Notes: generated from the letters alone by a model not told the origin. DNA of 64,000 nucleotides from an uncultured Candidatus Saccharibacteria bacterium (GCA_964591715.1 CAZQDR010000003.1:269-64268); one strand, 5' to 3'. Shown: positions 50,752-61,266, counted from the first letter of the stretch. A program made the numbers and translations.

Positions 50752-51090
50752 CTAGACGGAAAGTTTGCCCTCGCGGCGCCAATAGATCGCCAGTGGAATA
50801 AGACCCATCAGGGCATAGATAATCGGATCAACAATCAAGTTGGAACGATGGAAGATAAAAATTTCCGCGAGAGTACCGACAACCGCCCAGGCGATCGCCG
50901 CTACCCACCAGCGGCGATCGCGCAGAGTCACATAAGAGACAGTCTGGAGCAGACCGTACCAAATAATAAAAAATACGACAGCGCCTTCCACCTGGAAAAG
51001 CTTCCCGTCGCCGATAGTGTTAGCCACAATCTCAAAGAAAAGTGACGTGGCGTAACCGGCCACCATAAACCATAAATAATTCTTCATCAC
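50752..51090 (-). CDS. Integral membrane protein
   Basis: Four hydrophobic helices. Confidence 0.5.
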   Translation of the reverse strand: MMKNYLWFMVAGYATSLFFEIVANTIGDGKLFQVEGAVVFFIIWYGLLQTVSYVTLRDRRWWVAAIAWAVVGTLAEIFIFHRSNLIVDPIIYALMGLIPLAIYWRREGKLSV

Positions 51091-51135
51091 CTCAGTATAA
51101 GCTCAACAATGAATTTTTGCTTAAGCTCAACCGAT

Positions 51136-54100
51136 CTAGAGATGCTGCTTTTTGTCTTTCATTAGCTCCAAAAAGAAAGCTGGCACAATATATAGAGTGA
51201 GGAAGGAAGACAAAGTGAGGCCAAAGATAACCGCACCGCCAAGTGAGCGCCATAGCTCATTGGAAAGAGTGACTGGCAAAATACCAAAAATTGTACTAAT
51301 CGAAGTGATAAAAATCGCCTCCAACCGCGACTTACCAGCATCCGCAACCGCCTCTTGAAAAGGAATGCCACTTCGAATATTTAGATTAATTTTATCAACG
51401 AGAATAATCGCGTTCTTCACCACAATTCCGAAGAGGGCCAAAATACCGATTAGCCCAGGGAAACTGAGGGGGACGTCAAAGAGAGCCATCCCAATAAAGA
51501 CGCCAATTAGCGCTAGTGGAATCGGCACCAAAACAATCAAAGCTTTGCGGAAAGAATTAAACTGGATAATCAGTGTTGCCACAATCAAAACGAGCGCAAT
51601 AATCATGGCCCGGAGCACTGAGGTGACCGACTCGGTATTTTGCTCATTCTCACCACCATAGGTAAGAGTGTAGCCGGCCGGCAAACTATAGCCGGCAATT
51701 CTTTTTTGGAAATCCGACAAGATGGCCTGGCCGTTTGTTGAGGAATCGGCGCCAGCGGAAATAATAATGGTGCGCTTCTGATCAATGCGAGTGATCACAT
51801 CCACGGCCGGCTTCAATTCAACCTTGGCCACATCCTTCAAAAACACCGGCTGCTTGCGTAGATTAAGAATTTGCATGTTTTGAATAGCGGCCAAATCAGG
51901 AATCGCGGTTTGATCGAAAGTAGCAATCAACTGAACCTCCTTATCCCCTTCTACAATCTTAGTCAGCTCAACTCCCGAAACCGCAGTGCGGAGGGTTGAA
52001 CCAACAATCAGAGCGTTTAAATTATTTTGCTCCATAGCAGCCGAATCAAGCGTAAAGGTATACTCGGGAACAGACTCCTTCTGAGAAACATTTACGTTAA
52101 TGACGCCAGGCACTGAGACTAAGATTGGTTTGAGATCGCGGATGATTCCCGCTAGACGATCAAGGTCATCACCAGCCAAGTGCGCCTCGAAAGAAGCCCC
52201 CGAGGGCGGGCCACCCGCCAAAGTGGAAACGTTGACTGTTAAACCGGTAGTTGTTGCCAAGTCGACCCGCAAGCGATCAGAGAATTCGTAAGATTTTTCG
52301 GAGCGCTCCCCTTTCTCTTTAAGAATAATGGAAATACCCGCCAGGTTGGCGCCACTCCCAGAACCAGAAAAGGAACCTGAGTTGGGACTGGATTGTCCCA
52401 CCACGGTTGAAAAATTAGCAATGTCTTCGTAGTGGCGCAATTGCTGTTCCACCTTCTGAACCCGAGAGTCCGTTTCGGCCAGAGTAGTACCAACCGGCGC
52501 TCTTAGGTCAACGAAAACATAGTCACTATCCTGAATCGGAAAGAAGACGCTCTTAACAAAACCCAACGCCACCAGCGCCACCGCCACAAAAAACAAAACA
52601 ACGACGACGCCAATAACGCGACGACGTTTCTTTTTGTCGATAATATAGTATCGAAATGAGCGCTCATATAGCGGCAAGAAACGCTGAAAGTTAATAATGC
52701 CGTGCATTACTTTGCCAGCAAAGTTTTCGTGATCGCGGCTTCCCTGCGCGGCCAATTTTGCTTTGATTAGATCATCACTGTCCCACTCGCGCTCCATCTG
52801 CTCTTTATTGACCGACAGCTTAGACTTGCCCCCTTTCTCGTACCAGCGGATTAAATAGAGGGAAATCGCCACCAAAACAATGCCCACAATAGTAGCAATA
52901 ATCCCACCGACATAAAAAAGAATTGCTGCGATCGTCAAAAGCCCAGCTTCGAGTAAGAATAAGAAACGCCGCGTCAAGCGAAGGCGCTCAAGCACCGCGG
53001 CAAGCGGGTGGTTAATCATGAGAGCGATCAAGAGCGATGCAATCAGCGTAATCGACACGGTAACTGGAATTGATTTTAAGTATTGGCCAATGATGCCCGT
53101 GGCAAACAAGAGCGGCAAGAAAGCCCAGACCGTCGCCAGAGTCGTAGTTAACAGCACCCCCTTAAAATCGTTGAGCACCAAAAGCACCGCTTCTTCGGGC
53201 GTAAACTTACCGGTATTTAAATATTGCTTTGTCGCTGACACCACCACGATCGCATCGTCAACCAACAAACCCAACGCTAAAATAAGAGAAAACAGGGAGA
53301 GAAAGTTAAGCGAGATGCCGAGCAATAAAAGTGAGCCGAAGGTGACAAAGAAGACCAGCGGAATCGCCAGCACGGCCACAAACGCCTCCTTCAAACCAAC
53401 AATCAAAAAAAGAATGATGGATACCAGCAGAATCGTGAGCAAAAAATCATCAGAGAGCTGAACAAAATCCTCCCGCACTTGTTTAGCCATATCCGTACCA
53501 ACCACGTCATAAGTAATTCCCGGGGGTAGACTGGCCACCATTTTATCGACCGTCGCTTTAGCCTCGTCAACCGTGTCTAATACTGAGGCCCCCTGACGCT
53601 TAACCAGCGAGAGAGTAACTGCATTCTTCGGTGCCGCCCCCGCAATCGACAGACGCGAATAAACAGTTTTTTTATGCGCCTTTTCTGTAACTTCGGCCAC
53701 ATCTTTAAGCAAAATCACTCCCCCGCTTTCAGGATGAGCAATCGCCAGTGAGGCAATTTGCTCAACTGTCTCTAAAGGCAAGTCCGTTCGAATTGGCACA
53801 ATAAACGAACCCGTTTCGAGATTACCAGCGGGGATCGCTGTGTTGGCTGCCAAGATAGCATTGTTTGCCTCGGCCGCTGTGACCCCGTAAAACAAAAGTT
53901 GGTCGGGACGATAGGCTACCTCGATTTCCTTCTCATCACCACCGGAAATTTCAATCTGACGCACGCCAGGAATCTTCTCAAGTTCTGTTTGAATATCTTC
54001 CGCATATTTGCGAAGCGTGAAGGCATCATATGGACCAGTGACCGAAATTGACCAAACCGGCATATCATCAAGCGAGACTTCAGTCACGATTGGATCTTTA

Positions 54101-54543
54101 GCATCAGTGGAAATGCTAGACTTGGCCGCATCAACCGAGTTTCTTAACAGCTGAATCGAGCTTTGAATGTCAGCGCTGGCGTTAAACTCAACAACAATGG
54201 AAGACAAGGAGTTATAAGAATTAGAGGTAATTTTATTAAGCCCCCTCAGTCCCGACAACTCAGTCTCAATTTTTTTGGTCACAAATTGCTCCACGTCCGA
54301 CGGCGAAGCGCCCGGAAAAACAGTGGTTACCACTGCGATGGGAATTTTTACCTCTGGATTCGATTCTTGGGGCAAGCTAAAAAAAGCGTAGAGACCCCAG
54401 ACGCTGATTAATAAAATCATTAAAACAACTACCCGAAAATTGGTGACAAAAAAGTTAAACCACGTCTGACGCAGCTCGGGCCGAAAAGTTAAGCGCTCAA
54501 GATATTTGCTGTCTGAAGAGTGTTCGTGGTTGAAGTCCGCCAT
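51136..54543 (-). CDS. RND-superfamily efflux transporter (AcrB/AcrD/AcrF family)
   Basis: 12-TM architecture with two large loops, and a typical N-terminus ...RPELRQTWFNFFVTNFRVVVLMILLISVWGLYAF. Confidence 0.88.
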   Translation of the reverse strand: MADFNHEHSSDSKYLERLTFRPELRQTWFNFFVTNFRVVVLMILLISVWGLYAFFSLPQESNPEVKIPIAVVTTVFPGASPSDVEQFVTKKIETELSGLRGLNKITSNSYNSLSSIVVEFNASADIQSSIQLLRNSVDAAKSSISTDAKDPIVTEVSLDDMPVWSISVTGPYDAFTLRKYAEDIQTELEKIPGVRQIEISGGDEKEIEVAYRPDQLLFYGVTAAEANNAILAANTAIPAGNLETGSFIVPIRTDLPLETVEQIASLAIAHPESGGVILLKDVAEVTEKAHKKTVYSRLSIAGAAPKNAVTLSLVKRQGASVLDTVDEAKATVDKMVASLPPGITYDVVGTDMAKQVREDFVQLSDDFLLTILLVSIILFLIVGLKEAFVAVLAIPLVFFVTFGSLLLLGISLNFLSLFSLILALGLLVDDAIVVVSATKQYLNTGKFTPEEAVLLVLNDFKGVLLTTTLATVWAFLPLLFATGIIGQYLKSIPVTVSITLIASLLIALMINHPLAAVLERLRLTRRFLFLLEAGLLTIAAILFYVGGIIATIVGIVLVAISLYLIRWYEKGGKSKLSVNKEQMEREWDSDDLIKAKLAAQGSRDHENFAGKVMHGIINFQRFLPLYERSFRYYIIDKKKRRRVIGVVVVLFFVAVALVALGFVKSVFFPIQDSDYVFVDLRAPVGTTLAETDSRVQKVEQQLRHYEDIANFSTVVGQSSPNSGSFSGSGSGANLAGISIILKEKGERSEKSYEFSDRLRVDLATTTGLTVNVSTLAGGPPSGASFEAHLAGDDLDRLAGIIRDLKPILVSVPGVINVNVSQKESVPEYTFTLDSAAMEQNNLNALIVGSTLRTAVSGVELTKIVEGDKEVQLIATFDQTAIPDLAAIQNMQILNLRKQPVFLKDVAKVELKPAVDVITRIDQKRTIIISAGADSSTNGQAILSDFQKRIAGYSLPAGYTLTYGGENEQNTESVTSVLRAMIIALVLIVATLIIQFNSFRKALIVLVPIPLALIGVFIGMALFDVPLSFPGLIGILALFGIVVKNAIILVDKINLNIRSGIPFQEAVADAGKSRLEAIFITSISTIFGILPVTLSNELWRSLGGAVIFGLTLSSFLTLYIVPAFFLELMKDKKQHL

Positions 54544-54549
54544 AACTAT

Positions 54550-56073
54550 TTATTGCACCACGACCGTTTGGCCCTCATCTAACTCGTAAACCGGCGTCAC
54601 TAAATTAATCGTGTCATTCAATCCAGAAACAACCTCAATAAAGTCGCCTTGGATTTCCCCCAAAATAACCGGGAGACGTTTGATCTTAGAGCTTTGATCG
54701 ACAGTATAAACAAAAGCATCCCCTGGAATAATTTTGACGTTTTGAATCGGTAGCACGTAGGTCACGGGTTTATCTGAGTTTTCGGTAACCGCGGCGGCAC
54801 CCGTAATAATGGCCACACCCACATTTTGGCCGACCACCAATTTAGTATTGGCACTATCTGTAACTGAGATGTTAACCTCCGCTTTTTTAGTGAGGAGATC
54901 AACGCTCGGTGCCACCCCGGAAACCACCCCCTTAGCTGAACCCTGAATCAGCGCTGCTTGGCCGACTTTTATTCGCGAGAGATCATCACCGCTGGCGCGC
55001 GCCTTAATTTGCAAATTAACATTATCGCCCACCACCGTGGCCAACAAGGCACCAGGCAGGGCCAGCTCACCGGGTCGCAAAGGCAAGGAAGCAATCCGCC
55101 CAGTGATCGGCGAAGTAATAACCGTTTTGGCTAGCTGGGCCTGCAGGTTGTTAACCCCGGCCCGGGCGGCGGCCACTCCCGCCGAAGCAGTGGTGTTTTG
55201 CGAAGCATTGCCAGTAGCCAAAGCTGCTCCGGCACCAGTAAGTGCCTGGGCAGCACCACTAACAATGCCTCGAGAAGTGGAGATGGTCGTCTTCCAGCCA
55301 TTAAGTCTCGTCAATTCTGAAGCGGGAGAAGTTTTTGCTGTGTCATTAAGCGCTTGGGAAATGTAACTAAGGAGATTATCAATTACTCCCAAATTTCTTT
55401 CAGATAACTCAACAACCGCCGTGACACTTTCGAGATCAGTGGCAACCGATAGAGAGTTAACCGCAATTTTCCATTCTACTAAATCAGTTCGCAAATCCAG
55501 CCAGGTGTCTAAGATGTTTGTTTTTAATTTGCTGTCGCCAATCATCGATTCTAGTCTTCCACCAGTACCATCATTGTTATATAAAATTGGCTCAAGCTGA
55601 GAGTTAACAATGTCGTAACCTTTAACATAGGCGTCGCGGATTTTATCAATCGCCCCCTGCTTAGCCGACTCGACCGACACTGAACCGGTGTACTGCTGGC
55701 CTTCGGCCACCGCGAGTCCCGCTTGAGCCTGGGCCAACTGAGCCCGAATGTCCGCGTTAGTAAGTTCCATAATTACTTGGCCAGCATAGACAGTATCCCC
55801 AACCGCCACATTAACCGTCGCCACCGGTGCCGATAATTGGCTCTTTAAATCAGCCTGAGATAACGACTCCACCACGCCATTGGCGGCCACGTTCAGATTA
55901 CCTCGACGAAAAGTGCCAGCATTTACTAAGGTAACTTTGGTGGGGGCAACATTGACCTCGGTCGCCGGCCGACTCAATAGCGCTCGGCCACCAATGATGG
56001 CCACCATTACCACAATCACTCCAATCACCGACGCCGCCGCCACATGTTGGCGAAGATAAGAAAATTTATTCAT
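54550..56073 (-). CDS. Efflux adaptor / membrane fusion protein (HlyD family)
   Basis: N-terminal TM helix, lipoyl-like VAVGDTVYAGQVIMEL, a coiled-coil hairpin, and a beta-barrel domain. Confidence 0.72.
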   Translation of the reverse strand: MNKFSYLRQHVAAASVIGVIVVMVAIIGGRALLSRPATEVNVAPTKVTLVNAGTFRRGNLNVAANGVVESLSQADLKSQLSAPVATVNVAVGDTVYAGQVIMELTNADIRAQLAQAQAGLAVAEGQQYTGSVSVESAKQGAIDKIRDAYVKGYDIVNSQLEPILYNNDGTGGRLESMIGDSKLKTNILDTWLDLRTDLVEWKIAVNSLSVATDLESVTAVVELSERNLGVIDNLLSYISQALNDTAKTSPASELTRLNGWKTTISTSRGIVSGAAQALTGAGAALATGNASQNTTASAGVAAARAGVNNLQAQLAKTVITSPITGRIASLPLRPGELALPGALLATVVGDNVNLQIKARASGDDLSRIKVGQAALIQGSAKGVVSGVAPSVDLLTKKAEVNISVTDSANTKLVVGQNVGVAIITGAAAVTENSDKPVTYVLPIQNVKIIPGDAFVYTVDQSSKIKRLPVILGEIQGDFIEVVSGLNDTINLVTPVYELDEGQTVVVQ

Positions 56074-56100
56074 AAATCGGATATTACACCAGAACTCGTT

Positions 56101-57204
56101 CTAGGGCAACTCGTCAACAATTTTATCTTTCCGAGGCAAGCTGAAGTAGAATGACGAGCCCTTGCCCTTCTTACTTTCCAGCCACATTTTTCCTTTATGG
56201 GCCACCACTATTTGCTTGGCCACATATAAACCCAAGCCAATACCTTCGATCTTGAGATTAATCGCCCCCGTAGTCCGATAAAAGCGCCCGAAAATTTCAG
56301 GCTGTTCCGCCTCTGCAATACCCAACCCAAAATCTTTGACCGAGACCACAATGTTGTCCACCTTATCGACACCCTTAACAATCACCTCATCAGCACCGGG
56401 AGAATATTTGATAGCATTCGTTAGAAGATTGACCAAAACTTGAGCCAGTCTGTCTCGATCACCGTATACCTTCTCAGCAATTTTACCCTCGTGGAGAATC
56501 GTGTGCTTTTTGGTGACCATCTGAATCGTCCCAATTGTCTCCTCGATAAGAATATTCATATCAAAGAATTTCTTTTTCAATTGCAATCTCCCCTTCTGAA
56601 TCTTACCGACATCTAAAAGATAATCCATCAGCGTTACGATCTTATCTACTTGTTTATTTAAATCAACAACTGATTGGATATGAGCTTCATTATTAGATCG
56701 CCTAGTTTCCGCTTCGACAATTTCTCCGTACAGTTTCAGACTCGTAACCGGAGATTTAAGTTCGTGGGTGGCAGTGCTAATGAAAGAGTCCTTTCTTTTT
56801 TCAAACTCCGCCTTCTCGCTTAAGTCGCGCACAATAAAAGTAAAGCCTTGCGCGGCCGCCTTCTCATCATTTAAAGCAAAAATCAATCCACTAGCCCAAA
56901 ACTGCGTACCATCTTTGCGTAGATGATGACGTTCAATAACCACCTTGCCTTTGGCGACAGCCGCCAAAAGTTCTTTCCTTAGTTTGTGGCTATCAACATC
57001 TTCCTTGCGAAAAATAATCGACGCATTTTTACCCAGAACTTCAGGCTCTTTATAGCCAAATAGCTTTTGGGCTCCGCCATTCCAGCTGTTGATATGGCCC
57101 CTCCTGTCGGTCGTGAAAATCGCGTATCCAGTAAGACTCTCTACGAGCAAGCGGTAAAAATTATCATCTACCCGAAAACCTTCATGTTTGATTGGTTTTT
57201 TCAA
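56101..57204 (-). CDS. Cytoplasmic PAS-domain sensor histidine kinase
   Basis: PAS GHINSWNGGAQKLFGY, H-box FISTATHELKSPVT, N-box LLTNAIKYS, and G-boxes DFGLGI and GIGLGLY. Confidence 0.85.
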   Translation of the reverse strand: MKKPIKHEGFRVDDNFYRLLVESLTGYAIFTTDRRGHINSWNGGAQKLFGYKEPEVLGKNASIIFRKEDVDSHKLRKELLAAVAKGKVVIERHHLRKDGTQFWASGLIFALNDEKAAAQGFTFIVRDLSEKAEFEKRKDSFISTATHELKSPVTSLKLYGEIVEAETRRSNNEAHIQSVVDLNKQVDKIVTLMDYLLDVGKIQKGRLQLKKKFFDMNILIEETIGTIQMVTKKHTILHEGKIAEKVYGDRDRLAQVLVNLLTNAIKYSPGADEVIVKGVDKVDNIVVSVKDFGLGIAEAEQPEIFGRFYRTTGAINLKIEGIGLGLYVAKQIVVAHKGKMWLESKKGKGSSFYFSLPRKDKIVDELP

Positions 57205-57305
57205 TGATTAGTTGCATAGTCGCGAGGAAGAGGCTATTTCCCACACTGTACACCTTATTGATTAGTATTCAATGAAGCTAGCGAGTGACCTTGTGGTAAA
57301 CCCCC

Positions 57306-57692
57306 TTAATTAAACTTGATTTCAAACGGGTACATACCCATGCCACAGGAACCTTTAAGTGTGCCAAGCTGACCACTGCCAATATCAATATCCGTTGACC
57401 CCGTTTGAGGCAGTAGCTTTGAAATATTCATACTGGCGATCCTAACCGATGACGAACAATCAAACGTATTTTGAGTGTTAAATCGAAGAATGGTCGGGAT
57501 CCCGGCTTTAGCCACACTCTTGCGAGGCTGAAAACCGCCCCGAGCCGTAATCTCTATTATTTGTTTCCCATCAACAATGGTGACATTATTGCCGTTCTCG
57601 GTTAACTCCGCGCCGTCTTTATTACCGGCAAACAGGAAAGCTCCTCCAATGAGAGCCAGGGCGATAAATATGGCGATAACGGTTGCTTTCAT
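57306..57692 (-). CDS. Membrane-anchored cupredoxin-like protein
   Basis: Start re-picked at MKATVIAIF (ATG at 57692). The C-terminal ...GSCGMGMYPFEIKF resembles the Cupredoxin_1 family, and the gene sits in a copper operon. Confidence 0.5.
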   Translation of the reverse strand: MKATVIAIFIALALIGGAFLFAGNKDGAELTENGNNVTIVDGKQIIEITARGGFQPRKSVAKAGIPTILRFNTQNTFDCSSSVRIASMNISKLLPQTGSTDIDIGSGQLGTLKGSCGMGMYPFEIKFN

Positions 57693-57705
57693 AAATATTA
57701 TTATT

Positions 57706-58737
57706 TTAAAAATTAAACACTGGCGGAATAAGCCCAATGACCACCAAACTATTTATAAGGTTAAACAGCGCAAACATGATCACGATCAAGCCAGCCGTCT
57801 TAAAGAAAACTCCAGCCTTCGAACTTTTTTGGATGCTGAATGAACTAAAACTGATCAGGGCTAAAACGGGCAAAGTACCCAAAGCAAAAGCCAACATCGT
57901 TAACCCGCCAGCAATAAAGCTCCCCGTGGTCAGCGTGTAAAGCTGCATCGACTGAGTAAAACCGCAAGGCAAGAAGAAAGTGGCCACACCAACCGCGAGT
58001 GGGGTGAGAGTGTGATTAAGCTTTGAGACCCCATGAGCGTGTTTGGCAATAAACTTTGGCATCGAGGGCTGAAGCTTCTTAGCCCAATGAAAGGTGTCGA
58101 GAAGGTTAATCCCCAAAATAAGCATAACGGCAGCAATAACCAGACCCAAAATAAAAGTGGCGGTCGAACTTAGAGTAAAGGCTGACCCGATCGCCCCAAT
58201 AACTCCACCCAAAACAAAGAAAGAAACGATTCTTCCCCCATGGAACATCAGCTGGGGACGGACTTTGTCGCCCTCTTTAGCAAAGGTGGCGGACATCGAT
58301 AGAACCAGGCCACCCACTACCGCCATACAGGTCGAAAGCGAAGCGATTACTCCAACAATAAAAGTGGTGCCGTAGGAGACATTGCCGGCACTAACCAGGT
58401 TTACGATTCCCATTTTTTGAAGTCCGACAAATAAAACAGCAAAGGCAACCGCAATGGGAGCGGCAATCTTAAAGTCTCGCCACTTTGCTTGATGTTGCTG
58501 CTTAGATACCGAAACCGTATAGCCGTGGGATTTAAGAGGTACGGTGAGCTCCTCCGCGATCTGCTCTGGCGCCTGATTGCCAAAATTACCGACTACCTCT
58601 ACCGAATGATGTTTCAGACTGGATTTGACTTTAGTCAATTGAGGTAAATCACGCAACTCACTTTCGATCATGAGGACACAGGAATTACAGTGCATGCCGT
58701 GGACGTGAAAAATATAGGTTTGGTTTTGAGTGGCCAT
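57706..58737 (-). CDS. HMA-domain protein fused to a DsbD_2/TauE-like membrane domain
   Basis: GMHCNSCV metal-binding motif followed by 6-7 TM helices. Confidence 0.7.
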   Translation of the reverse strand: MATQNQTYIFHVHGMHCNSCVLMIESELRDLPQLTKVKSSLKHHSVEVVGNFGNQAPEQIAEELTVPLKSHGYTVSVSKQQHQAKWRDFKIAAPIAVAFAVLFVGLQKMGIVNLVSAGNVSYGTTFIVGVIASLSTCMAVVGGLVLSMSATFAKEGDKVRPQLMFHGGRIVSFFVLGGVIGAIGSAFTLSSTATFILGLVIAAVMLILGINLLDTFHWAKKLQPSMPKFIAKHAHGVSKLNHTLTPLAVGVATFFLPCGFTQSMQLYTLTTGSFIAGGLTMLAFALGTLPVLALISFSSFSIQKSSKAGVFFKTAGLIVIMFALFNLINSLVVIGLIPPVFNF

Positions 58738-58742
58738 AGTAA

Positions 58743-60986
58743 TTATAATTTTTTAGCTTTGATTCTAAGCGAGTTGGAGACGACCGACACACTGGAAAAG
58801 GCCATCGCCAAACCGGCAAACACCGGATTCAACAGCCAGCCAAAGACTGGATAAAACACGCCCGCCGCCAGCGGGATGCCGATGATGTTATAGATAAAGG
58901 CCCAGAAAAGATTTTGCTTAATCCCCCGCATTGTCATCCGGGACAACTTAATAGCTTTTACCAGCTTCGAAATGTCGCCGCCCAACAGAGTAATACCGGC
59001 TGACTCGATCGCGACGTCAGTGCCCGTCCCCATCGCAATTCCCACGTCAGCTTGAGCTAAGGCGGGAGCATCATTAACCCCATCACCAGCCATGGCCACC
59101 GTTTTACCTTGCGATTGTAATTCTTTTATTTTTGCTAGTTTATCTTGAGGTAAAACATGAGCGACCACATCATCAATGCCCACCAGCGAGGCGATATAGT
59201 TGGCCGCCTTTTCATCATCGCCCGTTAGCATCACCACCTTAATTCCCAGCCGATGAAGAGCGGTTACCATTGGTTTTGATTCTGGTTTAATTTCGTCAGC
59301 CACCATCACAAAACCAATAACGTTCTCGGTCGTCGCCAGAATAACCGGCGTTTTACCTTGTGCGGTGAAGAGGTCTAGGGCGCTGACATCAAAAGCCAAC
59401 CCCCGCTCATTAATCAGCTTGGCATTGCCCACAAAATATCCGACCCCTTTAACTGATCCTTTGAGTCCTCTCCCCTGTAACGCTTCGAAGTCTTCCACAT
59501 TTTCGATGATTATTTTTTTCTCTTGCGCGTAATTAACAATCGCCTGAGCAATCGGGTGCTCGGACTTCTTCTCCAATGAGGCTAGGATGGAAATCAGTTC
59601 TTCGTCTGAAAGGTTAGAGAAGTGTTTAATAACCGTGTCTACCTCGTGAAGTTTTTCTAGCGTGGCGGCATCTTTAATCAAAATTCCCTCCTTGGCTCCC
59701 TTACCAACCCCCACAATAATAGCGGTCGGCGTTGCCAGCCCCAAGGCACAAGGACAGGCAATGACCAGCACTCCCACAAAGGAAACCAGCCCAAACGATA
59801 AAGCTTGCGAGAAACCAAGAGCGGGAATGCCGAGCATTAACCAGATTCCCAGAGTCAGGAACGAGATCGCCAAAGTGATCGGCACAAAAACACTGGAAAT
59901 TTTATCGGCCAGCGCTTGAATCGGAGCTTTACTGCCCTGGGCCTCTTCGACCAGCTTGATGATCTGCGCCAGCAGAGTCTCCGCTCCCACTTTGGTAGCG
60001 CTAAAAATAAATGAACCGGTCGTATTTATTGTTCCCGCCACCACACTGTCGCCGATTTTCTTTTGGGCTGGCATCGGTTCGCCCGTCACCATCGACTCAT
60101 TAACGAAAGAGGCACCCTCGGTAATTACTCCATCGACAGGGATCTTAGCTCCCGGTTTTATCACAATCAGATCTCCATGCTTGACCTCATTCACCGAAAT
60201 CTCGACTTCTTCTCCCCCTCGAACCACCAGAGCCGTTTTAGCTTGAAGGTTGAGAAGTTTTTCAATCGCATCACCTGTCTTAATTTTTGATCGCGCTTCC
60301 AAATATTTACCGAGCGCAATAAAGGTAATAACCACGATTGTCACATCATAATAAGTCTGTTCAACATTAATGAAGGGCTGGAGTGATGACTCAAAAGCCG
60401 TAACAATAAAACTATAGAGAAACGCCGCGGAAGTACCAATACCAATCAGCGTATCCATGTTGGCTTTGCCGTAGCGGAGGAAACGATAAAAACCAAGGAG
60501 ATAGGGTTTGCCCACCACCAATAGGGCATAGGCGGCAAAGATCGGTAAAAGGTGATGGAAAAATTCTTTGCTAACGGGCCCCATTTCTGGCACCAGATTA
60601 TACTGAGCGAGAATATCCCAACCCATCACCAAGATGCTAAAAATCGCCAAAGGAATTGCGGATAAAACTTTTGATCGCATATCGGCCACCTCCGCCAACT
60701 TCTCCTTCTTTGATTGATTTAACCCTAAGTGAGCGGCGTGCTCGTCCTCTGACATCCCCATCTCACTCGCGGTAGGCAGCTCCAAGGAATACCCCAACTT
60801 TTCTATTTTTTGAGAAAGGTGGTGGGCGTTAGTCTGAGATTCATCAAAGCTTACTTTGGCCGTTTCCGTCCCATAGTTCACTTCAACCGAATCAACACCA
60901 GCTGTTTTTTTAAAAGTTTTCTCGATGATGCCCGCGCAAGAGGCGCAATGCATTCCCTTTACCCGATAAATTTTAGTGTGACTCAT
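58743..60986 (-). CDS. copA: P1B-type (copper) ATPase homolog lacking the DKTGT phosphorylation motif
   Basis: GMHCASCA HMA, TGEP, CPCALGLATP, SEHP, MLTGD and GDGVNDAP are all present. DKTGT is absent at the HEVDTV|IKHF junction (59630/59631). Confidence 0.85.
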   Translation of the reverse strand: MSHTKIYRVKGMHCASCAGIIEKTFKKTAGVDSVEVNYGTETAKVSFDESQTNAHHLSQKIEKLGYSLELPTASEMGMSEDEHAAHLGLNQSKKEKLAEVADMRSKVLSAIPLAIFSILVMGWDILAQYNLVPEMGPVSKEFFHHLLPIFAAYALLVVGKPYLLGFYRFLRYGKANMDTLIGIGTSAAFLYSFIVTAFESSLQPFINVEQTYYDVTIVVITFIALGKYLEARSKIKTGDAIEKLLNLQAKTALVVRGGEEVEISVNEVKHGDLIVIKPGAKIPVDGVITEGASFVNESMVTGEPMPAQKKIGDSVVAGTINTTGSFIFSATKVGAETLLAQIIKLVEEAQGSKAPIQALADKISSVFVPITLAISFLTLGIWLMLGIPALGFSQALSFGLVSFVGVLVIACPCALGLATPTAIIVGVGKGAKEGILIKDAATLEKLHEVDTVIKHFSNLSDEELISILASLEKKSEHPIAQAIVNYAQEKKIIIENVEDFEALQGRGLKGSVKGVGYFVGNAKLINERGLAFDVSALDLFTAQGKTPVILATTENVIGFVMVADEIKPESKPMVTALHRLGIKVVMLTGDDEKAANYIASLVGIDDVVAHVLPQDKLAKIKELQSQGKTVAMAGDGVNDAPALAQADVGIAMGTGTDVAIESAGITLLGGDISKLVKAIKLSRMTMRGIKQNLFWAFIYNIIGIPLAAGVFYPVFGWLLNPVFAGLAMAFSSVSVVSNSLRIKAKKL

Positions 60987-60991
60987 AAAAT

Positions 60992-61255
60992 CTATTTACG
61001 CTTAAGCTTATAGACCTTGAGCACTTCCCCGACAGCCTTATCGGGCTTGCCTTCTTTTATTTGTTTAACCACACAATGTGAGAGATGGTGCTCCATAAGC
61101 AGATCCTCCACATTCGACAAACCCTGCTTGGCGGCCGAGCTTTGGGTAATGACGTCAATGCAATAGGTCCCCTTCTCCACCATTTCCCGCAAGCCCCGGA
61201 CCTGACCTTCAATAATCTTTAGGCGACGAGCCAGCTTCTCCTTGTTTGTATTCAT
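60992..61255 (-). CDS. csoR: CsoR-family metal-sensing repressor
   Basis: LARRLKIIEGQVRGLREMVE...YCIDVITQ...HLSHCV (the C-H-C ligand pattern). Confidence 0.85.
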   Translation of the reverse strand: MNTNKEKLARRLKIIEGQVRGLREMVEKGTYCIDVITQSSAAKQGLSNVEDLLMEHHLSHCVVKQIKEGKPDKAVGEVLKVYKLKRK

Positions 61256-61266
61256 AGTTCTATCCT

